Shown here: piece after piece, positions 13,889 to 26,861 of the stretch
Layout of the letters: each line of letters starts with the position of its first letter
Position numbering within the stretch: position 1 is the first letter of the stretch
NCBI RefSeq assembly: GCF_006345805.1
Contig: NC_043019.1
Location: 30,627,360-30,691,359, forward strand
Reading direction: 5' to 3'
Length of the DNA: 64,000 nucleotides
Source of the DNA: Octopus sinensis
Lineage: Eukaryota
The notes under the pieces: generated by a model
The model's input: the letters and a program-made list of their open reading frames with translations, nothing else
Told to the model about the DNA's origin: nothing
The model's database searches: none
Translations under genes and position numbers: made by a program

Positions 13889-14425
13889 GTGAATTGAAGA
13901 AATGGAGCTGAACGAAGATTGAACAGAAATCATTTTATTTCATTCTACACGTGTTTCGAAAGGCACAATTTACCAAAATCCGATTGAATAATGAGACCAT
14001 ATTGTGTCTTTCTCTTCAGGAAGAAATAGGAAATCCGTTGGAAAAAACAAAAACAGAACAGAGGCGGAGCAAAAACAGAACATTTTTTGTTTTTTGTTTT
14101 TGTTTTTGTTTTTTCCAACGGATTTCCTATTTCTTTCTGAAGAGAAAGACACAATATGGTCTCATTATTCAATCGGATTTTGGTAAATTGTGCCTTTCGA
14201 AACACGTGTAGAATGAAATAAAACGATTTCTGTTCAATCTTCATTCAGCTCCATTTCTTCAATTCACCAATAATATTAAAATTCAATTATCCGCACCAAC
14301 GCACGGTTGCAACACCATATGGTTGTACCTCCAACCGTGCTGTCTTCTGCTGTGATTTTTGCTACCAAGGTATCGGTTAAACTTTTGATTAATCTGCTAC
14401 AAGATTATTCATCTTTCTATTTCAC

Positions 14426-14463
<38 letters not shown>

Positions 14464-15382
14464 CACAACATGACAACAGATGTTGGTTTATGTCTCCACA
14501 ACTTCGTGGTTCAGCAGAAGAGACCAACAGAATAAAGTTACAAAAGCACCAAGCTTTTGAAAAATAAGTACTGGATTCAATTGGTTTGACTAACACCCTT
14601 CAAGAAGGTACCCCCAGCATGGTCGCAGCCCAGTGACTGAAACAAGTAAAAAGACAAAAGACCTGAATGTACCAGTAATTATTGGGTGTGACCTTCAATG
14701 CATTTCTAAATCCAGAATATTGAGAACCATTGGCCGATGCCAGCCACGCCTGGCACCAGTGCAGGTGGCACGTAAAAAGCACCCACTACACTCATGGAGT
14801 GGTTGGCGTTAGGAAGGGTATCCAGCTGTAGAAACATTGCCAGATAAGACCGGAGCCTGGTGCAGCCTTCTGGCTTCCCAGATCCCCGGTCGAACCGTCC
14901 AACCCATGCTAGCATGGAGAACGGACGTTAAACGATGATGATGATGATGATGATGATTGCTCTGGATATTTAGATTTTCTTGGGAAGTTAAGTAACGGTA
15001 GATAAAGCAGTAAGATAATCATAGAAGCAGAAGGGGGATGTTGCTAGGAACATCTGCTAAGTCTTTAGCAAATAACAGTAAACTATTTATCAAAATTGGA
15101 AAATACATTATATGATATATTCTTAGATGTACTATGTCTGAAAAAAAAAAAAAAAAAAGGTAAACGAAAGAGATGATCGTGACTGCAATGCTTTTGATCA
15201 TATATCTGCTTGACAACAGGAAGTTTTGGTTAAGGACAATACGAAGCTAAACAATATTGGCTAACAGCATGTTGTCATGATTACTATAACATTAAACAAA
15301 CTATGAATTACATTTCTTACAGCTGCTTATAGTCCAGGGTATTTAATAATAATGTGTATTTAATAAAAGTAGTAATAGTAGC

Positions 15383-15421
<39 letters not shown>

Positions 15422-16062
15422 CATCATCATCATCATCATCATTTAGCATCTGCTTTCCATGCTAGCATAGGTTGGACGGTTCAACTGGGGTCTGGGAAGC
15501 CAGAAGGCTGCACCAGGCCCAGTCTGATCTGGCAATGTTTCTACAGCTGGATGCCCTTCCTAACACCAAGATGTCCTTCCTAAATAATAATAATAATAAT
15601 CATCATCGTTTAATGTCCGCTTTCCATGCTAGCATGGGTTGGATGATTTGATTGAGGACTGGCGAACCAGATGGCTGCACCAGGCTCCAATCTGATCTGG
15701 CAGAGTTTCTACAGCTGGATGCCCTTCCTAACGCAAACCACTCCAAGAGTGTAGTGGGTGCTTTTATGTGCCACTGGCACGAGGGTCAGTCAGGTGGTAC
15801 TGGTAATGGCCACGCTCAAATGGTGCTTTTTACATGCCACCTGCACAGGAGCCAGTCCAACGGCACTGGCAACAACCTCGCTCGAATGTTTTTCACGTGC
15901 TACCAGTACAAGTGCTAGTAAGGTGACACTAGTAATGATCATGTTGAATGGTGCTTTCTATGTGCCACTGGTATGGAAGCCAGTCAGCTGTAGCAGCGAT
16001 CATGCTTGGATGGTGCTCTTAGTGCTCCACTGGCATGGGTGCCAGTCAATAATAATAATAAC

Positions 16063-16097
<35 letters not shown>

Positions 16098-16382
16098 TAA
16101 TAATAATAATAATAATAATAATGGTTACAAATTTTGCTACAAGGGCAGCAATTTTTGGGGAGAGTGATAGTCAATTACATCGACCTCAGTGTTCAACTGG
16201 TACTTATTTTATCAACCCCAATATGATGAAAGGCAAAGTCAACCCCAACGGAACTTGAAATCAGATCAGAATAACAGGCAAAATACTGCTAAGCATATTG
16301 TCCAGCATGCTAATAATTCTGCCAGCTCACCACCTCAATAATAATAATAATAACAATAATAATAATAATAATAATAATAATG

Positions 16383-16418
<36 letters not shown>

Positions 16419-16877
16419 GTTTCAAATATTGCTACGAGGGCAAAAATTTTGGGGGAGGGGGCTAGTCGATTACATCAACCCCAGTGTTCAATTGGTACAT
16501 ATTTTATTGACCCCGAAAGATGAAAGGCCAAGTCAACCATGGCAGAATTTGAACTCAGAACATAGTGATGGGTGAAATAGAGCTAAACTTTTTGTCCAGT
16601 ACACTAATGGTTCTGCCAGTTTGCTACCTTAATAATAATAATGTCATCGTGCTGGTGACATATAAAAAGCACCAACCAATCGTGGCCGTTTGCCAGCCTC
16701 CTCTGGCCCCTAGAGGAATAAATAAATGTAGTTAAATGCAGGTGCTATTCAAATCTTTATACTTCTTATACTTCTGGAATAATACCAATGTCTTCTTTGA
16801 AACATATGTTGGAAGTATAAAGATTTGAATAACACCTGCGTTTAACTCCATTTACATATATATAAATATATTAAACA

Positions 16878-16958
<81 letters not shown>

Positions 16959-19847
16959 TTAATTAATTAAAAAAAGCAGAGGAAAAGACAAGAAAAAACA
17001 AGAATGTCAGGATGTAGTATTAATAAGATGCTCGAAGAAGGAAAAGAGTAGTTGGTTTACTTTCGAGTATAGCTCTTCTTCAGAAACAGGAAAAATAGGA
17101 AAGTCCAAAGGAAAAGGAGGGAGAAAAAAATCGCCAGTAGTCAACATGTAGTTACATTTTGAAGTGACCAAAAGTAGGACAAAGAGAAAGTGCTTTCTGG
17201 GACAGGAGAGTGTGAAGATGCTGTGTATGTTTGTGTGTGTGTATGTGTGGTGGCATGTGTGTGTGTGTGTGATAATGTGTGTGTGTGTGTGTGTGATAAT
17301 GTGTGTATATATGGTAGTGTCTATGTGGAAGTAACTGTGTGTGCTTGGTAACATGTGTGTATGGTAGCGTGTGTGCATGGTAGTCTGTGTGCATGTGGTG
17401 GTAACTGTGTGTGTGTGTGGTATTAACTGCATGTCTGTGTGGTATTAGCTGTTTGTATGTGTTAGTATTTGTGTGAGTAGTCTGTGTGTGTTTTTGTGCT
17501 TGTGTGAGTAGGCTGTGTGCGTTAATGTCCCTCTGAGATGTCAGCAGCTATATTAACAAGTGTGTGTGGCAGTGTGCATCTGTGTATGTGTGTTTTTGCA
17601 TGTGTGTGTGCGTAGATAGAATGATCAATAGTGAGTCAGGGCAGTCTGAAGTTGTCTGAAGAGTGTGTGAATGGGTGGGTGTGGCTGTATGTATGTGTGT
17701 GTGTTGTTGGCATGTGTACGTAGATGGAGTGGGAATGTGTGTGTGTGTGAACATGTGTATGAGTGCATGTGTATGTCCTCTCTCTCTCTCTCTCTCTCTC
17801 TCTGTATATGTGTGTGTGTGTGTACGTGTATGGGGGGTTGTGTGTGTGTCTATGTGCATGTGAGTGAGTGTGGAAGTGTATGTATGTGTGTATATATGTG
17901 TACATGTGTGTGTGTTGTGTGTTTGTTGTGTGTGTGGAGGTATATGTGCTTTCATGTGTGTGCATGTGTGTGTGTGTGCGTGTGCATGGGCTTCTTTCAG
18001 TTACTGTCTACCGAATCCACTCACAAGGCTTTGGTCAACCCAGGGCTGTAGTAGATGACACCTGCCTAAGGAGCCGCGCAATAAGACTGAACCCAGAACC
18101 AAGTGTTTCGGAAGCAAGCTTCTTACCACACAGCCATGCCTACACCTATAAACATACATACAATAAAAGTTTCAACACAACATGGCTATGAATAAATGAT
18201 GTTCATTGTTAGTTATCAAAACAGCTATGGTTTATGCCTAGTTTATGTTTTCACAGCAAGACTAAAAAGTCATTGCTAATAAACTTCAGAAATAACACAA
18301 AAACATCACGTTCTCTTGAGAAAGACACATTTTAAAATTTGGCATAGAAACCTTTTTTTGTTTTTGTTTTTATGTTTAGCTTCTCTGTAATACAAAACTA
18401 TGCTAATTTATCTGTACGATGAGTGTCACATATAAAGCTTTCAAAGAAAGAAACTGGAGAACTTAGATATCAACTGTACATAACCAATAGACCTATGACT
18501 TTTTAAGGAAGTATGACTGTTCAATTTATTAACACAATAATGGAGATTCCAGTTCACTCAGCTGTAGAAATGAGTTGTGATGACACTGGTGCCAAGCTGT
18601 ATTGGCCTTTGCCTTTCTCTTGGATAACATCGGTGGCATAGAGATGGGAGGCTGGTATGCAGGGGCAACTGCTGGTCTTCCATAAACAAACTTACCTGGA
18701 CTTGTGCCTCAGAGTGTAACTCTCGAGGTGCAATCCTGTGACTGAAGGGGGTCTTTACCCATTTTTGAATATCTATATGCCATTTTGCAGAATACTGAAA
18801 GCACAAGCTCTACTGGGTTGGACATGTTACAAGGTTTACAGACACCAGATGGACCCATGCAGTTGCTGTGCGGTATCCAAGAGACTGAAAAAGGCCACTT
18901 GGAAGGTCAGCAATATGACGGAAGATGATTTGGTCAAGCAATTTGAGGAAAGATGGCAAAGAATGGTGCAGTCAAGACAGAACTGGAAGTGCATTGTAAC
19001 CAGGGGTGTATAACAGCATCTAGTCTGGTCGGTGCTGTGATACTGTGATATCCATATACCATATTTTCCAGCATACAAACTGAATTATTCAATAAAATTT
19101 ACAGCCCCAAAAAGGTAGGTTAGCTTATATGCCAAAACAACTTTTTGGAGGAACAAAAATTCCATCTGAAATGCAACAGGATTTGGGAAGATAGCAACAA
19201 TGTTTCAATATTTACCACTAAGAAAGGAATGTTCTCAAGAAAATTTAGCAAATGCCAGAACGTAAGTGAACAAGACAAATGGAAAGATACAAAATATAAA
19301 TTAATTTCATTTGTCTTGCTCGCTTACGTTCTGGCGTTTGCTAAATTTTCTTGAGAACATTCCTTTCTTAGTGGTAAGCCCATAGCGGATCTTCTAGCAT
19401 AATGGATGTCCACTTACAGGTTATCCCCCTTATATATATTGCATTAAGAGATGTATGTGTATGTCACAAAGGAGAGTAATCCACAATAAGTTGAGTAGTA
19501 GTAGTGATGCTGGTGGTGGTGATGGTGGCCGTCGTCACTGTCATCATTATTGTTGTAGTAGTAGTAGTGGTAGGCATGGCTTAGTGGTGAGGATATTGCA
19601 CTTATGATCGCGAGATCATGGTTTTAGTTCCTAGACTGGCTGGTGCATTGTGTTCTTGAGCAAAACACTTCATCTCACTTTGCTCTGCTATCACATTGAC
19701 CCCTGACATGGGACCCACTGTGCACCTCTGCAGGGCAATGTCAATTCGAATGTGGGAGGGAGCTAATATATGGCACATACATTTGATCACTCTAAACAAA
19801 TCATTTGTGCAGGTCGTTCAGCAAAAGCTGAACACTCACACATAAGT

Positions 19848-19915
<68 letters not shown>

Positions 19916-21210
19916 CAGCAGTAGTAGTAGTAACTGTGATAGTATACGACAAGCAAGGGATGCTAGCATGAGATAGAAATGAGTGTTAAAATAATAATGA
20001 TAAATATACTGTAATATTATAGGTGCAGGTGAGGCTGTGTGGTAAGAAGTTTGCTTCTCAATCACTTGGTTCCAAGTTCAGTCCCATTGCACAGCACCTT
20101 GGGCAAGTGTCTTCTACTATGGCCCTGGCGAACTAAAATCTTATGAGTGGACTTGGTAGTCAGAAAGTGAAAGAAGCCCATCGTACACTGTGTGTGTGTG
20201 TGTGTGTTTGTGTTTGTCTTGCCCCTTTCACAGTAGTAGTTTGCTTGTGTCACTACCACTTAGTGGTTCAGCAAAAGAGACTAATAGAACAAGCACCAGT
20301 GTCTAAGAAGACTAAGTACTGGAGTCAATTCATTCGATGAAAAATATTCGAGGACAGTGCCCCAGTATGGCCACAGTCCAATAACTAAAAGCAAGTAAAA
20401 GATGAAAGATAAAAGATAAATTTTATCGACTATAAAATCGTTAAGACTACATGCAAAATATTTTGATTAACAATGATTTATCAGGCATCTCTTTAAATCT
20501 TTTTGAAAGAAATTGGCAATGATAAAATATTGCACTAAACTCTATCTTGAAAGAAAATTAGTCAAAAACGGACATCAAAATTTTCTTTATGTCTTTCCAT
20601 TGTATTTACTTTATGTTCAATAAGGATTATAGACATTAAAAAAAAAAAATTCTTTTAAATTTCATTTCTAGTCCTTTTCGGTTTTTTTTTTTTTTTTTTT
20701 TTTTGCTAGAAAGAGATTTTAATATCTAAACTGCTGTTGATGATAATCGAGAACTGTTTCATTTATTTGTAGATTAAAACTATCATTCTCCCTCAACTCA
20801 CACCTTTTGCTTTACATTTTCAAGAATTATGCTTCATTAACTTCCATCAAGTTAGTTTTTCTTTTCAGATCCAAAACTGGCTGTCACTGACCCCACCCTA
20901 CAACCACCACTGTCACCACCATTATTATTTTTATTATCATCATTATTATTCCCAGTTAGGATATTCTATACTCCTCAATCATTTATAAATATTTTGCTAT
21001 TACTATGGCAGTCACATATAGTATTTTTATGTTGTTCTATTGTTGAGCCCATTTTATCATTATTATTATTATTATTCAGTAGTTTTATTTTTATAGCGTG
21101 CTTTCACTTCACTTCACACAGAGTGCAGCTCTGTGTGCCTTGGGTATGTGCTGTGATTTGTTGTGATGCTCTGATTGTTACTGTATTGAAAGTGTTTATT
21201 ATTATTATTA

Positions 21211-21268
<58 letters not shown>

Positions 21269-21448
21269 CATCATCAGGCATAGGAGTGGCTGTGTGGTAA
21301 GTAGCTTGCTTACGAATCACAATGGTTTTGGGTTCAGTCCCACTGTGTGGCACCTTGGGCAAGTGTTTTCTACTATAGCCTCGAGCCGACCAAAGCCTTG
21401 TGAGTGGATTTGGTAGACGGAAACTGAAAGAAGCCTGTCGTAAATATG

Positions 21449-21501
<53 letters not shown>

Positions 21502-24500
21502 GTGTGTGTATATGTTTGTATCTGTGTTTGTCCCCCCCAACATCGCTTGACAACTGATGCTGGTGTATTTACATCCCCATAACTTAGTGATTCAGCAAAA
21601 AAAGACCGATAGAATAAGAACTAGGCTTATAAAGAATAAGTACTCGAGTAAAGGCAGTGCTCCAGCATGGCCACAGTCAAATGACTGAAACAAGGAAAGA
21701 GTATTATCATCATCATCATCATTATTTTTTTGTTTTGTTTCAGGTAGTTATTTTAATCAGCTTGAGATCTTGTATTAGAATGATGATAAAAGATGTCCAT
21801 TTAGATATCTTCTATAAGGTGCTAAACTAAGAGAAAAGAAAAAGACGAACTTCATAATTCTTCTATAGCAAATGAAAGTTGCGATGTATCATTAAAACAT
21901 GATTGCAAAGCAGATAACTTATTTAGAAAGCAAACTGCTTTGGCGCTGCTCTACAAATCACCCATACCCAGATAAAACTGGTTATTTAAGTGATAGAGTG
22001 TTTTATTATTCAAGGAATGACACCACCTGAACAGCAACACCAGTGGAGGCACAATGGCCCAATGGTTAGGGCAGCGGACTCATGGTCGGAGGATCATGGT
22101 TTCGATTCCCAGACTGGGCATTGTGTGTGTTTATTGAGCAAAAACACCTAAAAGTCCATGAGGCTCCAGCAGGGGGTGGTGGCGACTCCTGTTGTACTCT
22201 TTCTTCCTGTTTCTCGTCCCCGACTTCCTACGCAACCGCTGAGCCTGGATGCGCATTCATCCATCTGTCGATGCTCTCGGTGTCGGGGGTTGACCTGCTT
22301 TCTCTTCTGCGAGTCTTATGAATAGCAAAAGACCACGTTTTGGACTTCTCCCATCTTGCGAGCTCTGGGATGAAGACCGTTCACTCAACAGCTACAGCAA
22401 CAGCAACACCATACAAGTGATGTAGTTTGTTTGCAATCTTCTGCGAAAATTGTGCCAGGCAATTGGGAAATATTACCCAACTTGGAAACAAGTGTGGGTT
22501 GGCAACAAGAAGGACATCTGACCATAAAGCAATCTGCCTCAAAAATATTCTCTCTGGCCCATGTAAGTATGAAAAAATGGGTGTTAACTGATGATAAACA
22601 TATGGTGTGAAACCTGGACACTTTTTGGAAATATATAAAATGGTTGCAATACTTCCATTAGACAAAGCTGAAAAGAAGAAGAAGGAGGAGGAGGTGGAGA
22701 AGAAGAAGAAGAAGAAGGAGAGGAGGAGGAGGGAGGAGGAGGGAGGAGGTAGAGAAGAAGGGGGAGGAGGAGGTGGTGGTGGAGGGGGAGGAGGTGGAGA
22801 AGAAGAAGAAGAAGAAGAAGAAGAAGAAGAAGAAGGAGAAGGAGGTGCAGAAGTAGAAGAAGAAGAAGAAGGAGAAGGAGGTGCAGAAGAAGAAGAAGAA
22901 GAAGAAGAAGGGGGATGTGGCAGCATAAGCAATGAGTACATTGGAGATAAAGTACTTACTTTGACATATTTTTGCATTGACTTGTATCAATTTTTTCACA
23001 GAATGGCCGATTCATCCAAGAGGATGCACGTTTTCCTTCCCAAAGTTTTGATGGCAAAAATGTTCTGAGCCTGACAGAATCAGATTTTGAGAGATTTGTC
23101 AAAAATTCAGTACCAGTCAAAATTTCGACATCTCTTATTCGAGAACGATATTCTTCAATATATTTCCTGGGCCTCTAAAACAGAAATATTTTGGGAGCAG
23201 AAAGAGAAATATTTAAAGGTTTTAATACATAATAAATGAATAAAGAATTTTTAAAATGCTGTATTAATGACCAAAAGAGTACAATTACAAATGTCACTGG
23301 CCAAAATGGGGTTTCTCCAAAGAGTCACTGGAGTAACGTTCCTCAACAGGGTATGAAGCTTGGAAATCAAGGAATCTCTCTATGCTGAGCCATCACTTCT
23401 TCGTATAAAGAGATCACAGCTCTTGTACATCCACATGTGATTAAAATGTTATAAGAAAGAATTACAGAATGGAATCTTGAAGCTGAGCCAGTTGGCAAGA
23501 GACCCAGGAGGCGAGCTGGCAGAAACATTAGCACGCCGGGCGAAATGCTTAGTGATGTTTTGTCTGTCTTTATGTTCTGAGTTCAAATTCTGTGAAGGTC
23601 GACTTTGCCTTTCATCCTTTTGGAGTTGATAAATTAAGTACCAGTCATGCTCTGGTGTCGATGTAATTGATTTAATCCCTTTGTTTGTCCCCTCTGTGTT
23701 TAGCCCTTTGTGGGCAATAAAGAAATAAGAGACCCAGGAGTAAACCAAAAATGAAACGGTTGGATAATATCCATAGCTTCAGTTGGTCACACTTAGAAGC
23801 AACTGTGTAGAAGCTTTTTCAATCATCATCATCATCCAGTGTTTTAAATCTGGGTTTTGTCCCCATCAACTGGGGTGGCTGGATCTACCTCAATGCCAAA
23901 GCAACTGAGGTAGGCAGGTGCAGCCCACCCCAACCATTCGGCTGGCTGGTGCCCATTCTCCTTTGCTATCATGAGGCTTTTTTGGAGCTGGATTTCCTAC
24001 AGAGAGCATGCCCTTGCCTACCCCAAACCTCAGTTTCTAGACATGAGTGGTTCCGAGACCAAAGCCTCTACCATGAGTTTTAAGAAATATGGTGGAAAAC
24101 TAGCTCAGGAAGGCAGGAACGCTATTCCCTAAGACCCCTTTCAGAACACCCTACCTAATAGTTAATACAATATTTAGTACAACACAGTACTATGAGTTGT
24201 TGATGGTGCCTGTATGTGGTTGCTCACACTTCAAGTAAAAGCAGTTAAATCTCTTTCATATTACATACCATATCTCCAAAAGGAAAATAAGGTTAGTTAA
24301 GTTAAGGTTGATTTGAGGATAAACAATAATAACTTTATGGTATCACAATGCAGAAATTGTTGTAAGCTGCTTTTGTTTCATCCATTGTTTGCCCTGTTTG
24401 AGCAAACCTAGAATCAAAGTTGTTCCATTCTTGACCATCTTGTCCTTTTTCAGGTATTGCTTTGTATGACTCCATAGTATAATGTGCCCAAATTTACTTT

Positions 24501-26751
24501 TTAAGACAGTTGGGTATAATATGAAGGACATTCAGTTGATATTTCTTGCAGATCAAGCAACTGCATAGAGGCATTCTTAGTGGTTGCTAGAATATAGAAA
24601 TTTTTTTATCTCTTAGTCAGGAGGGAAAGATATACCCATGACCCCTTTCAGTGCCTATGAAGGTAGTGAGCAGGAGAGAAGGAGGAAGTGATCCCCAAAC
24701 CAGAGAGGAAGCCTGAATGCTTGCTTATATCAGAGTGGACTCCACTAAAGGCACCCAAAGAGCCAGTTGGTGGTGTTAAACTGGGCAATGGATTAATTAT
24801 ATTATCCCCAAATCCAGTGATTATTGCAAATATTTCATAAATTAAATTCTCATGCAAATAACGAGGTGCAGGCATGGTTATGTGGTAAGAAGTTTGCTTC
24901 CCAACCACATGATTCCAGGTTCAGTCCCACTGTGTGACACCTTGGGCAAGTATTTTCTACTATAGGATTGGGTTGACCAGAGCCTTGTGAGTGGATTTGG
25001 TAGAAATGAGTGCATTGTATACATGTGTGTGTGTGTGTGTGTGCGCGTTCGTGTGTCTGTCATTGTTCCCCACCACTGCTTGACAACCGGTGTTGGTGTG
25101 TTTATGTCTCTGTAACTTAGCAGTTCAACCAATGAGTCTGATAGAATAAGTACCATGTTTTAAAAATAATAAAGTCTACTAGGGTTGACTCATCTAACTA
25201 AAGATTTTTCAAGGCAGTGCCCCAGCATGGCCACAGTCTAATGACTAAAATAAGAAAAAGAATAAAAGATAATTGCAGTGGTGGGATATGATAACAGTGA
25301 GAGATACATATTGTTTTTAACAATTCCAGAATCGAATAAATATGATAGCCTTCAGCACCTACCTTACAACTGGCAGTTTCTTGGGTGTGAGGAAGAATGA
25401 CTGACATTATTTCAGTATGGTTTCGGCAGTCTTGGAAGTCGCCATCTGATTGGCATTTGCCCAAAATAAGATAAAAATGGCTTGGAACAGAAAAAGTAGT
25501 TCTGTTTTCTTCCGATCTGAAATTAGAAAATACATATATATTTTTCTTGAGCCCTATTACTCAAAGCTGTTACCTGGTTTCCATGGCATGTATGCGACTG
25601 AGATAATATCATTCCCCTTGAACAGGATGCCATTCTGTTGTAGTGTTGAGGGGAGGGAACAAGTTAACCCTTTTGATATCAACCCGGCTGAAACCAGCTC
25701 TGGCTCTGAGTACAAATGTCTTGTTTTCATAAATTTTGAATTAGAATCTTCCACCAAACCTTAGTCACAATTTATGTTCCTAACACAAGCTTAATGATAA
25801 CTAAGTTATTTTACTAAATCCTTTTGTTATATTTAAAATTAATTGAAAGAAACACAGAGCATCTCAAAATAAATGCAGTAATGAAAGGGTTAATTACATC
25901 GACTGGTATTTTATTTTATCAACCCAGCCATAGAAACATTGCCAGATCAGACTGGGCCTGGTGAAGCCTTCTGGCTTCCCAGACCCCAGTTGCACAGTCC
26001 AACCCATGCCAGCATGGAAAGCGGACGCTAAACGATGATGATGATGATGATGATGAACCCTGAAGGGATGAAAGACAAAATTGATCTTGGTGGGATTTGA
26101 ACTAAGAACATAAAGACCCAGAAGAAATACTGCATAGCATTTTGTCTGAGGTGTTAATGATAGCCTCCAACCAGATCACTGCTTATATACATAAAAATAA
26201 CCAAGATTTCTTCCAGAAGAAGTTGACTGAGATAAAGTCTAGAAATTAACGACCTGTAGGGACATTGTATTTTGTTATGCAACCACAATATGCTACAAAG
26301 TATATTAAACGTTTTTATAAGTCAATACCATGTTCTACTGTGTTAGCAGTGCTATTAAATCATGTATTATGGTCATCTCTTCAGATTTTCTTCTATAATG
26401 ATAGCCAACACCTGATTTTATTAACTTTTGTTGCCAAGATCTCATTATTGTTTACATCAGGCATCGTGGATATGAAATATAATAAAATCAGTACTGGCTA
26501 TAATTTTTACAGAAAATCTGTAGAGATAATCTGAATAATAAAGTATAAAAACTGTCAATTTTCTACTCTCTTTAATCTCTTTTACTCTTTTACTTGTTTC
26601 AGTCATGTGATTGTGGCGATGCTGGAGCACTGCCTTTAGTCGAGCAAATTGACCCCAGGTCTTATTCGTTGTAATCTTAGTACTTATTCTATCGGTCACT
26701 TTTGCCGAACTGCTAGGTTACCGGGACGTAAACACACTAGCATATATATAT

Positions 26752-26782
<31 letters not shown>

Positions 26783-26790
26783 ATATATAT

Positions 26791-26861
<71 letters not shown>

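Larger units (their letters stand above)
13881..14275. repeat. Long near-perfect inverted repeat (arms about 175 bp)
   Basis: Arms are reverse complements with 3 substitutions in the non-microsatellite part. Confidence 0.95.

Noticed and set aside
12890-22959. Separate second ENPP gene starting inside this intron
   Set aside because: I found no signal-peptide, transmembrane or SMB exon here, and exon 10 already supplies the in-phase linker. Not formally excluded without RNA data.
22607-23068. 153-aa Glu/Gly-rich plus-strand ORF (and Pro/Ser-rich minus ORF 22381-22977)
   Set aside because: Translation of the GAA/GGA tract; it overlaps the real minus-strand exon in another frame.
24648-24908. 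86-aa minus-strand ORF between exons 9 and 10
   Set aside because: Begins inside a SINE, has no recognisable motif or splice support, and exons 9 and 10 join in phase without it.
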